Shown piece by piece: positions 54,790 to 64,000 of a stretch of 64,000 bases of DNA. The stretch spans positions 2,445 to 66,444 of the forward strand of contig MHVD01000015.1 of NCBI GenBank assembly GCA_001823695.1, given 5' to 3'. The stretch is from Candidatus Zambryskibacteria bacterium RIFCSPHIGHO2_01_FULL_43_25. Lineage in GTDB: Bacteria; Patescibacteriota; Minisyncoccia; Phycocordibacterales; Zambryskibacteraceae. The notes under the pieces are model-generated. The model had not been told where the DNA came from. It did not search any database and saw only the letters and a list, made by a program, of their open reading frames with translations. The translations under genes and the position numbers were made by a program. Within the stretch, counting starts at the first letter, position 1, and each line of letters begins with the position of its first letter.

Positions 54790-55917
54790 TTATTGTTCGT
54801 GTTTTAGGGCGATTTTTAGTATTTCTTCGGCTATGAGAGTGGCCGCATCAGCTCTGACGAAATTTTTTGTTGACTCTTTCATTTTTTGATAAAGTTCCGG
54901 ATCGCTGGTTATTCTTTCAATTTCGGCAAACAAAATATTTCCGGACAGATTATTTTGCTCAATCACGGCTGCCGCTCCCGTTCTGGCATAGGCGAAGGCG
55001 TTTTTCGTCTGGTGGTCGCCGTTTGAGCTTGGTATTGGAATGATTATGCTTGGTATGCCCCACGATGCGATTTCAAATATGCTTGAACCGGCGCGCGAGA
55101 TGACTATTGTAGCCGCTCCGGCGGCTGATCGAAGCTCAAGATCGTTCAAAAACGGAAACGCCTTGTAGCGATTTTTGTTCGGATTATTTTGCAACACCAC
55201 TTCGACGGTTTTCTTGACTTCATCCAAATGATCTTTGCCGGTCTGGTGGATTATCTGATATTTCTCAACAAGCTTAGGCAGTGCTTCCATCATGACTTCA
55301 TTTATAGCGCTGGCTCCCAAAGAACCTCCCAAGATAAGCACTACGGGAATGTTCTTATCTAATCCGAAATACTCGTGGGCATTTGCGGAAAGCGTCTCTC
55401 TTATCTCTTTTCGTATCGGCTGGCCGGTAAAGGCAACCTTGTCCTTCGGGAAATATTTTGCCGCGTCCTGATAAGAGACAGCTATTCTTCTGGCGAATTT
55501 TGCCGCCCAGAGATTTGTCTTGCCCGGAACGGAATCCGACTCGTGAATAACTACGGGAATGCGGAGAATTCTTGCGGCGAAGAGCGCCGGGAAGCTGGCA
55601 TACCCGCCCTTGCCAAAAACCACATCGGGATATACCAAGAAAATTTCCCAAACCGATTTGATAATGCCCCAGCCGGTTTTGAACAAGTCAAAAAAGTTAA
55701 GGACCGAGAAGTATCTTCTGATTTTGCCGGCGTAGTTTTTCTTGAAAATCAGATTGTTGTCGTAGAGTATTCCCTGATTGTAGGGGCTGTGGGACATAAA
55801 ATACAGCTCAAAATCAACCATTCTGTTTTCTCCGGCAATCCGCTTTAGTTCCTGCGCTATTGCGACTATTGGGTAGAAATGACCTCCTGTTCCTCCTCCT
55901 GTAAGTAAAAATTTCAT
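54790..55917 (-). CDS. murG: UDP-GlcNAc:lipid I GlcNAc transferase MurG
   Basis: GGGTGGHFYP N-terminal G-loop. Confidence 0.85.
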   Translation of the reverse strand: MKFLLTGGGTGGHFYPIVAIAQELKRIAGENRMVDFELYFMSHSPYNQGILYDNNLIFKKNYAGKIRRYFSVLNFFDLFKTGWGIIKSVWEIFLVYPDVVFGKGGYASFPALFAARILRIPVVIHESDSVPGKTNLWAAKFARRIAVSYQDAAKYFPKDKVAFTGQPIRKEIRETLSANAHEYFGLDKNIPVVLILGGSLGASAINEVMMEALPKLVEKYQIIHQTGKDHLDEVKKTVEVVLQNNPNKNRYKAFPFLNDLELRSAAGAATIVISRAGSSIFEIASWGIPSIIIPIPSSNGDHQTKNAFAYARTGAAAVIEQNNLSGNILFAEIERITSDPELYQKMKESTKNFVRADAATLIAEEILKIALKHEQ

Positions 55918-56008
55918 ATTAAAGATAAATACTAAAATCGGGCCTTATCCCCGGGCTTTGTCATTGAGACTTGCGCTTATTATACCAAAAAACCCATATA
56001 GAACGACA

Positions 56009-57130
56009 CTAAGAGAGCTTTTGGTGTCTTGAGACGCTGAGTACAATGCCGGCCTCGGCAAGCGTAAAGAGCAGTGCCGTGCCGCCGTGACTGACAAAAG
56101 GCAGGGGCACTCCGGCCAGAGGCAGAACTCCCAGCATGGCCCCGATATTAACGAACGCCTGGGAAATAATCATAACCACGATGCCTACAGTCAGCAATCT
56201 GCCGAAAGTATCATCTGTTCTGGCCGCTATCCGCATGCCTTGGAAAGCGAAAGCCACAAAAGCGAAAATGAGCGCGACACTGCCTAAAAATCCGAATTCC
56301 TCCGCCGCTACAGCGAAAATTGAATCCCCTATCGGTTCCGGAAGAAAGTTGAATTTTTGGATACTTTGCCCGAATCCTCTGCCGGAAATTCCGCCGGATC
56401 CTATCGCGATATAGGACTGCTGTATCTGATAACTTGAACTCTGGCCGTTTTTTGCCGGTTCAAGAAAGGTCATTAGTCTCTGTTTTATGTAAGGCCTGAA
56501 CGAAGCCATAATCAAAAGCCCGATAATGGCTATAAGAAAAATGGACAATACGTGTTTCCACTTTCCTCCGCCAGTTAGAAACATTGCCAAACCGGATATT
56601 ATAATTACAGCGAATGTGTCGGTATCCGGCTGAGACAGGACCAGCAATCCGCATATTGTAAACAGCACAAGCAGAGGCAGAAGTCCGAATTTGAAAGTTC
56701 CTATTTTATCCTTAATGCCCGATATCCAAGCGGCCAGATAAATAATAAATGTGACTTTAAGCAATTCAGAAGGCTGGAATGAAAAGTCGCCCAGAATAAT
56801 CCAGCGTTTCGCGCCGGCGTGTTCAAACCCAAGCCCCGTGAAAACCAGAAGCATTACGACTATGCCGATGACAAAAAGAATCAGGGCATATTTCCGCCAG
56901 ACTCTGAAGTGGATTCTTGAAAGTATGATTAGCGCAACTGTGCCCAAAAACAGGCCGAAAAAAGTCTGAGAGAAAGCGACATCCGAATATTTGCCTCCGC
57001 TGCCGGCAAGCAAGCCGAGCGAAGCCGAATTGAAAATAAGAAAACCGATTACCGTCAACACGATAACCCAGAACAAGAAAGCTCTGTCTATTCGGGTCTT
57101 TCTCATAAAAAATCTAACCAATAAGCGCAA
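56009..57130 (-). CDS. ftsW: SEDS-family peptidoglycan glycosyltransferase FtsW/RodA
   Basis: ~10 TM, between mraY and murG. Confidence 0.8.
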   Translation of the reverse strand: MRLLVRFFMRKTRIDRAFLFWVIVLTVIGFLIFNSASLGLLAGSGGKYSDVAFSQTFFGLFLGTVALIILSRIHFRVWRKYALILFVIGIVVMLLVFTGLGFEHAGAKRWIILGDFSFQPSELLKVTFIIYLAAWISGIKDKIGTFKFGLLPLLVLFTICGLLVLSQPDTDTFAVIIISGLAMFLTGGGKWKHVLSIFLIAIIGLLIMASFRPYIKQRLMTFLEPAKNGQSSSYQIQQSYIAIGSGGISGRGFGQSIQKFNFLPEPIGDSIFAVAAEEFGFLGSVALIFAFVAFAFQGMRIAARTDDTFGRLLTVGIVVMIISQAFVNIGAMLGVLPLAGVPLPFVSHGGTALLFTLAEAGIVLSVSRHQKLS

Positions 57131-58190
57131 AAACTACTCCGACAATCGCCACCACAATACCCACTATCCAAAAGCGCATCGTTACTTTGTATGCCGGCCA
57201 GCCAATCGCTTCAAAATGATGGTGAATCGGCGCAACAAGAAAGACCTTCTTTCCGTGTCTTAATTTCTTTGAGGCCACCTGTATGACGACAGACGCCGTC
57301 GTCAAGAGAAGTGGCAGAGCTATTATAGGCAACACCATGATTCCGTACCCGCCCGCCAGCGAATCGGTCATAAACGCTACGACAGCCAGGGTGATAGTGA
57401 GCCCCATCATGCCCGTTTCCGACATGTAAAATCTGGCGGGCGGTATATTGAACCAGAGGAAAGCCAGAATAGCACCGACTACCATAAGGCAAAATGCCGC
57501 CAAATTTATCTGTTGCTGGTAAAAGGCAATTCCGGCATAGGCAGTGTACATCGTTGCAAAAATGCCTCCGGAAAGACCGTCTAGGCCGTCTATTATGCCT
57601 CCGGAATAGATAATAAGCGTCACAAGCGCGAAGAAAGGCACGAATAGCCAACCCAAATTCCAGTCAGAGATAATGCCCGGCGTTCCTATGGTTGATACGT
57701 CCAATTTAAAGAAAAACCACGCTCCCCAAAACAAACCTATTGCGCCTACAACCAGAAGACGTTTTTTCAGAGACAGTCCGCCCGCCTTGTTGTCTTTGCT
57801 CCCCTTCACCTCCATATAGTCATCAAGAAGACCAACCAGCGAACCGGCGATGAGGGTGAAAAGCGGAATCCAGGTCTGGCTCCTGCTTAGGAAATCCAGT
57901 TTCAGGGTGGTATCGGTGCTCAAAAACAAAGATATTACCCAGACAAGAAGAATTGTTATCAAAGACGACAGCCAGACTATCACTCCGCCCATCCTTGGAG
58001 TTCCGACTTCTTTTTGTTCGTGAAGCTTGTTGAAAATGGGAGTTTCGTTGCCGCTTAGGTCAACCTTGCCGGCTTTCTTTTTCCACATCTTTTTGCTATA
58101 GAGAAAATCAGAAATAGGCGGAGTGATCAAAACCCCGATGCAAAACGCCAGAACTGCGGGCAAAAATACTTTTACTATGTCAACAATCAT
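57114..58190 (-). CDS. mraY: phospho-MurNAc-pentapeptide translocase MraY
   Basis: 10-TM transferase with conserved DD and HHH motifs. Confidence 0.85.
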   Translation of the reverse strand: MIVDIVKVFLPAVLAFCIGVLITPPISDFLYSKKMWKKKAGKVDLSGNETPIFNKLHEQKEVGTPRMGGVIVWLSSLITILLVWVISLFLSTDTTLKLDFLSRSQTWIPLFTLIAGSLVGLLDDYMEVKGSKDNKAGGLSLKKRLLVVGAIGLFWGAWFFFKLDVSTIGTPGIISDWNLGWLFVPFFALVTLIIYSGGIIDGLDGLSGGIFATMYTAYAGIAFYQQQINLAAFCLMVVGAILAFLWFNIPPARFYMSETGMMGLTITLAVVAFMTDSLAGGYGIMVLPIIALPLLLTTASVVIQVASKKLRHGKKVFLVAPIHHHFEAIGWPAYKVTMRFWIVGIVVAIVGVVFALIG

Positions 58191-58465
58191 CGTTTTATTA
58201 TGTTTCTACATTTCACTTTGTCGTTCTCCAAACTTTTTGAAATTTTGTTAAAATCCGCTAGCGAATATAATATCAGAAAAAGCGTGACTTAGGCATTGGG
58301 CTCTAGGAACTAGGTTTTAGAATTGGCCCTTTAACTTGATTGACTTTTTGTTTGGTACAGCTTTTAGAGCACGAGACATCGTTCTTTAAAAGCTGTACCA
58401 ACGCTTACCCGTGAGTCCTCGGTATAGGGCCGAGAGAGGAAAGGTAAACATGCGAGGAGGATAAG

Positions 58466-58636
58466 ATGGGACACAGAATGGGGACAAACCAGGCGCTGGC
58501 GCTCGCAGGGGCTCTCACCCAGAAATTACCGGCCGACTTAGACCAGGATGTCGCGAAAGCGTGGATTACCAGTCCCGTCGCGATCACGGCTTTCCTCGAA
58601 GGCCTTCGTTCCTATCCAGTCGTCTTTCCGGACTGA
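58466..58636 (+). CDS. 56-aa hypothetical protein in 60% GC island
   Basis: GAGGAGG SD 6 nt before ATG. Confidence 0.3.
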   Translation: MGHRMGTNQALALAGALTQKLPADLDQDVAKAWITSPVAITAFLEGLRSYPVVFPD

Positions 58637-58678
58637 GTACGGGGAATACCCGAGGACACACCGTTCCACAACGGCAAG

Positions 58679-58870
58679 ATGGCGATCCACGAGTTCCTTG
58701 CAGACGACGAGCAGTATGTCGTCGGCGAGAAAATGTTCGCACGAGCCAAGATCAGACCGCGGCTTGGCTACCCCGACGACCACATCCGTCAGTTGACGGA
58801 GTGGTGTCGGGACTCTTTTTGTTTTCTCTATACTAGTGTTTTGCAAAACACTAGTATAGGAGAGTTCTGA
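58679..58870 (+). CDS. 63-aa hypothetical protein in GC island
   Basis: Ends at TCCGTCAGTTGACGGA hairpin; C-terminus runs into palindrome c so true stop uncertain. Confidence 0.2.
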   Translation: MAIHEFLADDEQYVVGEKMFARAKIRPRLGYPDDHIRQLTEWCRDSFCFLYTSVLQNTSIGEF

Positions 58871-58955
58871 AATTTCCTTATTTTTTCCAATTTCCATAAT
58901 CTTCCCATTTTCCTCATTGGTATAATAAATAACGATCGTTATTTATTATACCAAT
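58826..58955. repeat. composite repeat unit: palindrome c + 47-bp linker + palindrome d (inverse orientation of 8603-8706 unit)
   Basis: CTCTATACTAGTGTTTTGCAAAACACTAGTATAGGAGAG ... TTGGTATAATAAATAACGATCGTTATTTATTATACCAA. Confidence 0.6.
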
Positions 58956-59057
58956 GGGTTTTCATTTGAAAGAGGGTAGATTTTTCTTTTCAGGTTTTAG
59001 GTTTTAAGTTAAATGTTATAAGTTACATTTTTTGGTTGTGGTCACGCTCTTGCCAAG

Positions 59058-60062
59058 TTAGTTGTTCTTTAAGTAAGAGAGAGTCGCTTGGGAGAGAGTC
59101 ACCACATCGTCAAATCTTCCTTCATACGAAGAACCGAGAACAACGATTATGAATGGCCGTCCTATACTGGGGTCAAGAACAACAGCCAAATTGCCTCCGG
59201 CAATGTCCGTAAAGCCTGTTTTTGAGGCCAAAATCCCTGGTATCTTCCCTATCTGGGGGTTTGTGTTACTTGCCTGGTGCAGGATACTGCTTGCCGATTT
59301 GATAGTAATATTTTCGTTTTTGGTAGGAAGCACCAGTTCAGGATAGTTTTCCAAAGTGTATTCAAAAAGGCGCGCCACATCTCTAGCCGAGCCGTAAGCT
59401 CCGCCCATTTTGTCATTCAAATCAAGACCGCTTTCGTTGTAAAAAACCATTGAGGTTACACCCAAGTCCGTAGCTTTCTGGTTCATTAGTTTGATAAATT
59501 CATCATGACCAATTTCCTTGTCATTTGTTCCTGAAGCGACTCCGCCAGCGGCAACGGAAACTGCCGCTACTGCGTCATTTGATGATGTAAGAAGACTCAA
59601 ATTTATCAAATCTCCGATATTGAATTTTTCTCCAACCAAAATTCCCACATCGCCCTCCGCATCAAGAGAATTTTTATTGACTGTTATCACAGCGTGTTTC
59701 GGAAGTTGCTCTATTGCCGTTACGGCCGTCATTAGTTTAGCCAGAGAAGCCAAAGGCATAACCTTGTCCGAATCTTTCTCAAACACGGCCTTTTTTTCTT
59801 TTATATCCCAAACGAAAACCGCCCTAGCTTCTAGTGACAGACCTTGGAAAAAGTCTGTTTTGGGGGCCAGTGCCGCCGTTTTGTCATCCTTCCGTGCGGA
59901 CGAAAAGAGAAAAACCAAGACGATGATTCCTAGAATTACCGCCATGAAAATCCCGATATAGAGATTTTTTCTTTCAACTTTATTGAAAATCTTTTGCTGT
60001 ATTTGGTTGTTCTCCTCCATTCTCTTTGGCATCCGACTCCTCCTTTTTACTAAAATTTTCAA
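59058..60062 (-). CDS. D-alanyl-D-alanine carboxypeptidase (S11, PBP5-like)
   Basis: SLAKLMT (SxxK), SSND (SxN). Confidence 0.75.
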   Translation of the reverse strand: MKILVKRRSRMPKRMEENNQIQQKIFNKVERKNLYIGIFMAVILGIIVLVFLFSSARKDDKTAALAPKTDFFQGLSLEARAVFVWDIKEKKAVFEKDSDKVMPLASLAKLMTAVTAIEQLPKHAVITVNKNSLDAEGDVGILVGEKFNIGDLINLSLLTSSNDAVAAVSVAAGGVASGTNDKEIGHDEFIKLMNQKATDLGVTSMVFYNESGLDLNDKMGGAYGSARDVARLFEYTLENYPELVLPTKNENITIKSASSILHQASNTNPQIGKIPGILASKTGFTDIAGGNLAVVLDPSIGRPFIIVVLGSSYEGRFDDVVTLSQATLSYLKNN

Positions 60063-60564
60063 ATTCTTTCAAGACTGACTCGTATTCCGGCAGGTCTTTC
60101 AGCTTCTGAATTCCCAAAAGCGACAAGGTTTCAGTGGTCGGTTTGTACAGAAACCCTCTGCCCCCCTTGGACGATTCGTCTCTTTCAATAAGCCCCCTTA
60201 TCAGGAGCGACCTTACGGTAAAGTTTGAGTTTACTCCTCGTATGTACTCAATTTCTCTTCTGCTGGCTTCACCCTTGTAAAGGATAACAGCTAAGGTTTC
60301 AAGTCCGGCTTTGCCCAAATCTCTGGTCAATTCTTCCCTTCGTATATCTTCAATCAGAGCGCTAGCGTCTTTGGAAGTGCCCAGAGACGCTTCCTCGCCG
60401 TTTTGTATCAGTATCACTCCCCTGTTTGCAATCTCGTCTTGCAAGAGAAACACGGCTTCGGCCACCTCCTCTCGCGTAACAGCAAGCATTTTGGCAATTT
60501 CTCTGAAAGAAATCGGCTCGGCTTTGTAAAACAGGATTGCTTCTATTTTTGTTTTTAATTCCAT
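59980..60564 (-). CDS. scpB: segregation and condensation protein B
   Basis: Tandem winged-helix ScpB pattern; start at MELKTKIEAILF. Confidence 0.8.
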   Translation of the reverse strand: MELKTKIEAILFYKAEPISFREIAKMLAVTREEVAEAVFLLQDEIANRGVILIQNGEEASLGTSKDASALIEDIRREELTRDLGKAGLETLAVILYKGEASRREIEYIRGVNSNFTVRSLLIRGLIERDESSKGGRGFLYKPTTETLSLLGIQKLKDLPEYESVLKEFENFSKKEESDAKENGGEQPNTAKDFQ

Positions 60565-60633
60565 GATACGAATATTACGAATGAGATCGAATGATACCAA
60601 GATACAAACAATGTGAGCAGACAGTTAATAGGA

Positions 60634-61386
60634 TCAATAACTCGGCAGGCCGATGTTTTCGGTCTCTATTTCGATGTCCTCCGAAAAATTCTTTTGGGTC
60701 GCTTTGACTACGCCCCTTTTTATCAATTCTAAAATAGCAAGAAAGCCAACAATAATGTTTTCTTTTTGCTCTCTATTTATAGCATATTCGCCTTCCTTCT
60801 GGTTGGTGAGAGCGCGAAAGTTGAGTTTGAGGTTTTTCTGTATCCTCTCGGTCAGTTTCTCTATCATCTCCTCCAGAGAAATCATTTTCTTCACAACGGC
60901 CTTGGGAAGTTGTTCCTCTCTGGGCAAATTGTTTATGATTGCTCTGGCCGCTGAAAGCAGATTCAAAACGCTCAAATCAGAGGAGGGAGAAAAAACAATG
61001 GAAACATCTCGCCTCTCTTCCCTCTGGAAAATTACCGACTGACCGAATATTTCTCCAAGACCGATTGCTAGCGCCTTAAACCTTTTGTGAAGCAGAAGTC
61101 TTTTTTCCAGCTCTTCAATGCTTGCCTCCTCTTCCTCGGATAGGGCCAGAGTCGGCAGAAGAGACCTTGATTTTATGAGAAGAAGCGTTGAAGCGATGAG
61201 AATAAATTGGGCGGTTTCATCCATCGGGAAGTTCTCATTCTTTTCAATGTAGGCGATATAATCATCCGCCACTTGCGCCAATGAAATATCATTGATAAAA
61301 AGTTTTCGCCTTTCTATCAAGTCAAGCAATATGTGAAGCGGCCCCTCAAAAACCGGAGTTTTTACTTTAAATACTTCCTCATTCAT
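60634..61386 (-). CDS. scpA: segregation and condensation protein A
   Basis: FEGPLHILLDLIERRKL ScpA N-terminal signature. Confidence 0.75.
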   Translation of the reverse strand: MNEEVFKVKTPVFEGPLHILLDLIERRKLFINDISLAQVADDYIAYIEKNENFPMDETAQFILIASTLLLIKSRSLLPTLALSEEEEASIEELEKRLLLHKRFKALAIGLGEIFGQSVIFQREERRDVSIVFSPSSDLSVLNLLSAARAIINNLPREEQLPKAVVKKMISLEEMIEKLTERIQKNLKLNFRALTNQKEGEYAINREQKENIIVGFLAILELIKRGVVKATQKNFSEDIEIETENIGLPSY

Positions 61387-61411
61387 TCGATCAAATTCGT
61401 TAACATTCGCA

Positions 61412-62743
61412 TCATGGATTCAATCTTTTAACATCTCTCGGCAGATAAGTTGCCTCTCGAACATTCGGCAGATTAAGAATTTGCATTATGAATCTTCCCG
61501 GCCCCACGCCGGCTCCGCCATGAGGCGGACAGCCGTATCTGAAGAAGTTTATGTAATCTGTAAGCGGTTCAAGATTCATCTTTTTTTCTTTTGCCTGACG
61601 CTCCAAAATTTCAGGCCTATGCTCTCTTTGGGCAAGAGTTGTAACCTCCACGCCTCTGTACAAAAGGTCGGCCCTGCGTGAAAAATCCGATTTTTCATCA
61701 AGACGCATGTGATAAAAAGCGCTCTTTGACTTGTGATATTCGGTTATGAAGACGAACTCATGACCTTTTTCCTTTTCAACATACTCCGAAATAGCGCGCT
61801 CTTCCTCGGGAGACAGGTCGTATTCCCCGCCCGACTGAATAGCTTCAGTCATTCGGGCGGGTTCAGGGCTTTCAATCCCTCTTTTCTTCATTATTTTCTT
61901 GGCCTCGGCCATCGTTATGCGCGGGAAAGGTCTTTCAGGAATCTTAAGCTTCAGTTCCGGAAACTTGCTATTCAATGCTTTAAACCCTTCAACAATCATT
62001 CCCTCCTCGGCGTCCATAATGTCGTTGTGGTCTTCTATGTACGAAATCTCAAAATCCCAACCTGTAAATTCCGTCAGGTGCCTTGTGGTGAAAGAAAGCT
62101 CCGCTCGAAATACCGGACCGACCATAAATACCTTCTCAAACCCTGAAGCCATTGCCATTTGCTTGTAAAATTGCGGCGACTGGGCAAGATATGCTTTTTT
62201 GTCAAAATAATTTACTTCAAAAACGTCAGCTCCCGTTTCGCTCGGTGTGCTCATAAATGACGGCGAGTAGATTTGTATAAAATCGTTCTCATCCCAGTAT
62301 TTTCTCCAACCCTTTTCAAATTCAGTCCAGACTTTGAATACTTTCGCATGTTCCGGTTTTCTTAAATCTATCCAACGGTAATCAAAACGAATAGGCGCTT
62401 CAGTCTCTTCTCCGCCCTTTTGGTAAACAACCGGTATGGGAAGTTCGGGCGCTGCTTTAGACAAAATATTTATTTTTTTAACTTCAATTTCAACTCCTCC
62501 AGGGGCTTGTTTTTCCTCTTTTACTTTTCCCTCAATTTCAACTACTGACTCCAGAGACAAACTCTTTAACTCTTCAAATTGAGGATTTTTCTCATCTATA
62601 ACGCACTGTATAAGTCCCGTAATATCGCGCAGAATTATAAAGGCTATTTTGCTCTGCAGGCGCAGGGTTTGAACAAAACCTCTGACAAGTACATTCTGCC
62701 CTGTCTGCGCCTCAACATCTTTGATTTGGTTATATTTTTTCAT
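61412..62743 (-). CDS. aspS: aspartyl/asparaginyl-tRNA synthetase (class IIb, archaeal-type length)
   Basis: OB-fold N-domain + class II motifs (FRAE, GGAGVGPGR). Confidence 0.85.
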   Translation of the reverse strand: MKKYNQIKDVEAQTGQNVLVRGFVQTLRLQSKIAFIILRDITGLIQCVIDEKNPQFEELKSLSLESVVEIEGKVKEEKQAPGGVEIEVKKINILSKAAPELPIPVVYQKGGEETEAPIRFDYRWIDLRKPEHAKVFKVWTEFEKGWRKYWDENDFIQIYSPSFMSTPSETGADVFEVNYFDKKAYLAQSPQFYKQMAMASGFEKVFMVGPVFRAELSFTTRHLTEFTGWDFEISYIEDHNDIMDAEEGMIVEGFKALNSKFPELKLKIPERPFPRITMAEAKKIMKKRGIESPEPARMTEAIQSGGEYDLSPEEERAISEYVEKEKGHEFVFITEYHKSKSAFYHMRLDEKSDFSRRADLLYRGVEVTTLAQREHRPEILERQAKEKKMNLEPLTDYINFFRYGCPPHGGAGVGPGRFIMQILNLPNVREATYLPRDVKRLNP

Positions 62744-62803
62744 TGTTTATTGAATGAAAATATAATAGCAGAAAAAGCCCATTTTGGGCGGTTATTTTAC
62801 TAC

Positions 62804-62833
62804 TTGACTTTTGTATATGAAGTATGATATAAT
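62804..62833 (+). promoter_or_regulatory. promoter TTGACT-18-TATAAT
   Basis: Read directly upstream of GC-rich gene. Confidence 0.45.
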
Positions 62834-62883
62834 TTAAAAGGAAAACGTTACCGTCTCCCCACCCCCCAACTTAAGGAGCTGAG

Positions 62884-63315
62884 ATGCGAATCATGGCCAA
62901 GGGAATCGTCGCCATACCAATTCTTCTCCTCTCGGCGTTCGTTCTTATCTTGGTCGATGAGAACTTGTTACCGCCGATGTCGGTCTCCACGAAAGTGAAG
63001 ACAGTCGAGAAGCACTTTTTCGCTCTACCAAGCGAAAAAGTGGCAAAGGAGTGGCGAGCTGACGCACCCGTCACCCTCATACAGAGCGGATGGGCTGACG
63101 GAGACCGAATGATTCTCGGCGTGGATGACAGTAGGTTCGCGAAGTTCATCGGCAGTGGTATGGAGGTGAAGGTGGTTCGTATCGAATATGATCTACCGTT
63201 CACTCACATACTGCATCGTCGTACACCGAGCCTACTAGCTCGCAACACGCGAGCTGTAGTCACAACTGGCAGCGGGGACGAGGTGGTGGTCGAGGGGATC
63301 TTCCGCTGGAAGTAA
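62884..63315 (+). CDS. hypothetical membrane-anchored protein, 143 aa, ~55% GC cassette
   Basis: AAGGAG SD; N-terminal TM. Confidence 0.4.
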   Translation: MRIMAKGIVAIPILLLSAFVLILVDENLLPPMSVSTKVKTVEKHFFALPSEKVAKEWRADAPVTLIQSGWADGDRMILGVDDSRFAKFIGSGMEVKVVRIEYDLPFTHILHRRTPSLLARNTRAVVTTGSGDEVVVEGIFRWK

Positions 63316-63344
63316 TCTTAGACCACCAGGGATAGCGCCTGGCA

Positions 63345-63960
63345 CCTGAAAAATGGTGCCAGGTGTTTTTCTATACCAGGAAACCCCGCCCGAAGGCGGC
63401 GTCGTTAAAATATATTAGCCGCCGAGAGGGCGGGGATGAATGGAACCTTGCACGTCGCATACGAAGTATGCGACGCTATTCTCATGAGGATTCAGCACCT
63501 AAATCACTCAACCTACCAACATCAGTACCATGTGGTGTGGGGCACAAAATACAGAAGAAAAATACTAAAACCATATGTTCTCAAGGAACTCAAGAAAAGT
63601 CTCTACGAAACGTGCAAAAAATACCCGACGCTCTGGATCGAGAGCATGAATACGAACGAAGACCACGTCCACATACAGATAGAAATACCACCAAACATAA
63701 CTATTTCAGATGCCGTCGGGAAACTGAAAGGATTGAGCAGCCGCCACTTACGTTCAAAATTCAGATTTATCAGGGAAATCTACCTGGAAAAAGACGGCAT
63801 CTGGAGTGTCGGGTATTTCACCTCAACTGTGGGACTGAACGAGAGTCAGGTCAAGAAATACATAGAATGGCAGAGCAAGAAAGACAAACCACAAAGATCC
63901 CGTCTATTCTGAATCCTCATGCCAACAAAGGAAACCCCGCCCTTTAGGGCGGGGAGGAGG
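63345..63960 (+). mobile_element. IS200/IS605-family insertion sequence (tnpA only) with subterminal hairpins
   Basis: Left hairpins CCTGGCACC...GGTGCCAGG and CCCCGCCC...GGGCGGGG, right hairpin CCCCGCCC-TTTA-GGGCGGGG; GGAAACCCCGCCC repeated at both ends. Confidence 0.6.
63436..63912 (+). CDS. tnpA: IS200-like Y1 (HUH) transposase TnpA
   Basis: HVHIQIEIPP (HuH) and YQHQYHVVWGTKYRRKIL. Confidence 0.85.
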   Translation: MNGTLHVAYEVCDAILMRIQHLNHSTYQHQYHVVWGTKYRRKILKPYVLKELKKSLYETCKKYPTLWIESMNTNEDHVHIQIEIPPNITISDAVGKLKGLSSRHLRSKFRFIREIYLEKDGIWSVGYFTSTVGLNESQVKKYIEWQSKKDKPQRSRLF

Positions 63961-64000
63961 TCATTCATATCTCGATTCTTCTTAGATTAAAAAATAACTA

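Noticed and set aside
58538-58897. 119-aa - strand ORF (MEIGKNKEISELSYTSVLQNTSIEKTKRVPTPLRQLTD...)
   Set aside because: It reads through palindrome c and the shared terminator hairpin antisense to two SD-led + strand ORFs. Its N-terminus is repeat sequence also found at 8637.
1-64000. CRISPR array
   Set aside because: Repeat families are not arranged as regularly spaced direct repeats with unique spacers; copies are dispersed or tandem without spacers.

Overview
The window is a ~45% GC bacterial chromosome segment dominated by housekeeping genes: def-fmt, a priA-like gene, two mreB paralogs with mreCD-mrdA, a dcw cell-wall cluster that is split and inverted (mraZ-rsmH-ftsL-ftsI-murF on +, mraY-ftsW-murG on -), the tRNA synthetases proS/lysS/cysS/gltX/aspS, frr, greA, dnaB, recR, rplU/rplI/rpmA, scpAB, corA, ctpA, dsbA-vkor, a MacB-type ABC efflux system and tRNA-Glu(CTC). 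Core genes lack Shine-Dalgarno sequences and several appear leaderless, consistent with a reduced Patescibacteria/CPR-like genome; the lineage cannot be proven from sequence alone. Three things stand out. (1) The window is dense with short intergenic repeat families: elements with terminal inverted repeats fused exactly to start codons, tandem 'AGGAATAAAGAAT' repeats fused to stop codons, and several 30-42-bp perfect palindromes in 2-3 identical copies, partly combined into composite units. (2) About a dozen small 55-60% GC genes (arsR-arsC, XRE regulator, EamA-like transporter, unknown 36-200 aa proteins) each carry a strong SD, a near-consensus sigma70 promoter and their own terminator, which contrasts sharply with host genes. 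(3) There is a split three-gene PEP-synthase/rifampin-phosphotransferase-like module, an IS200/IS605 element, and a HEAR-repeat putative homing nuclease embedded in an operon. No CRISPR array and no rRNA were found.
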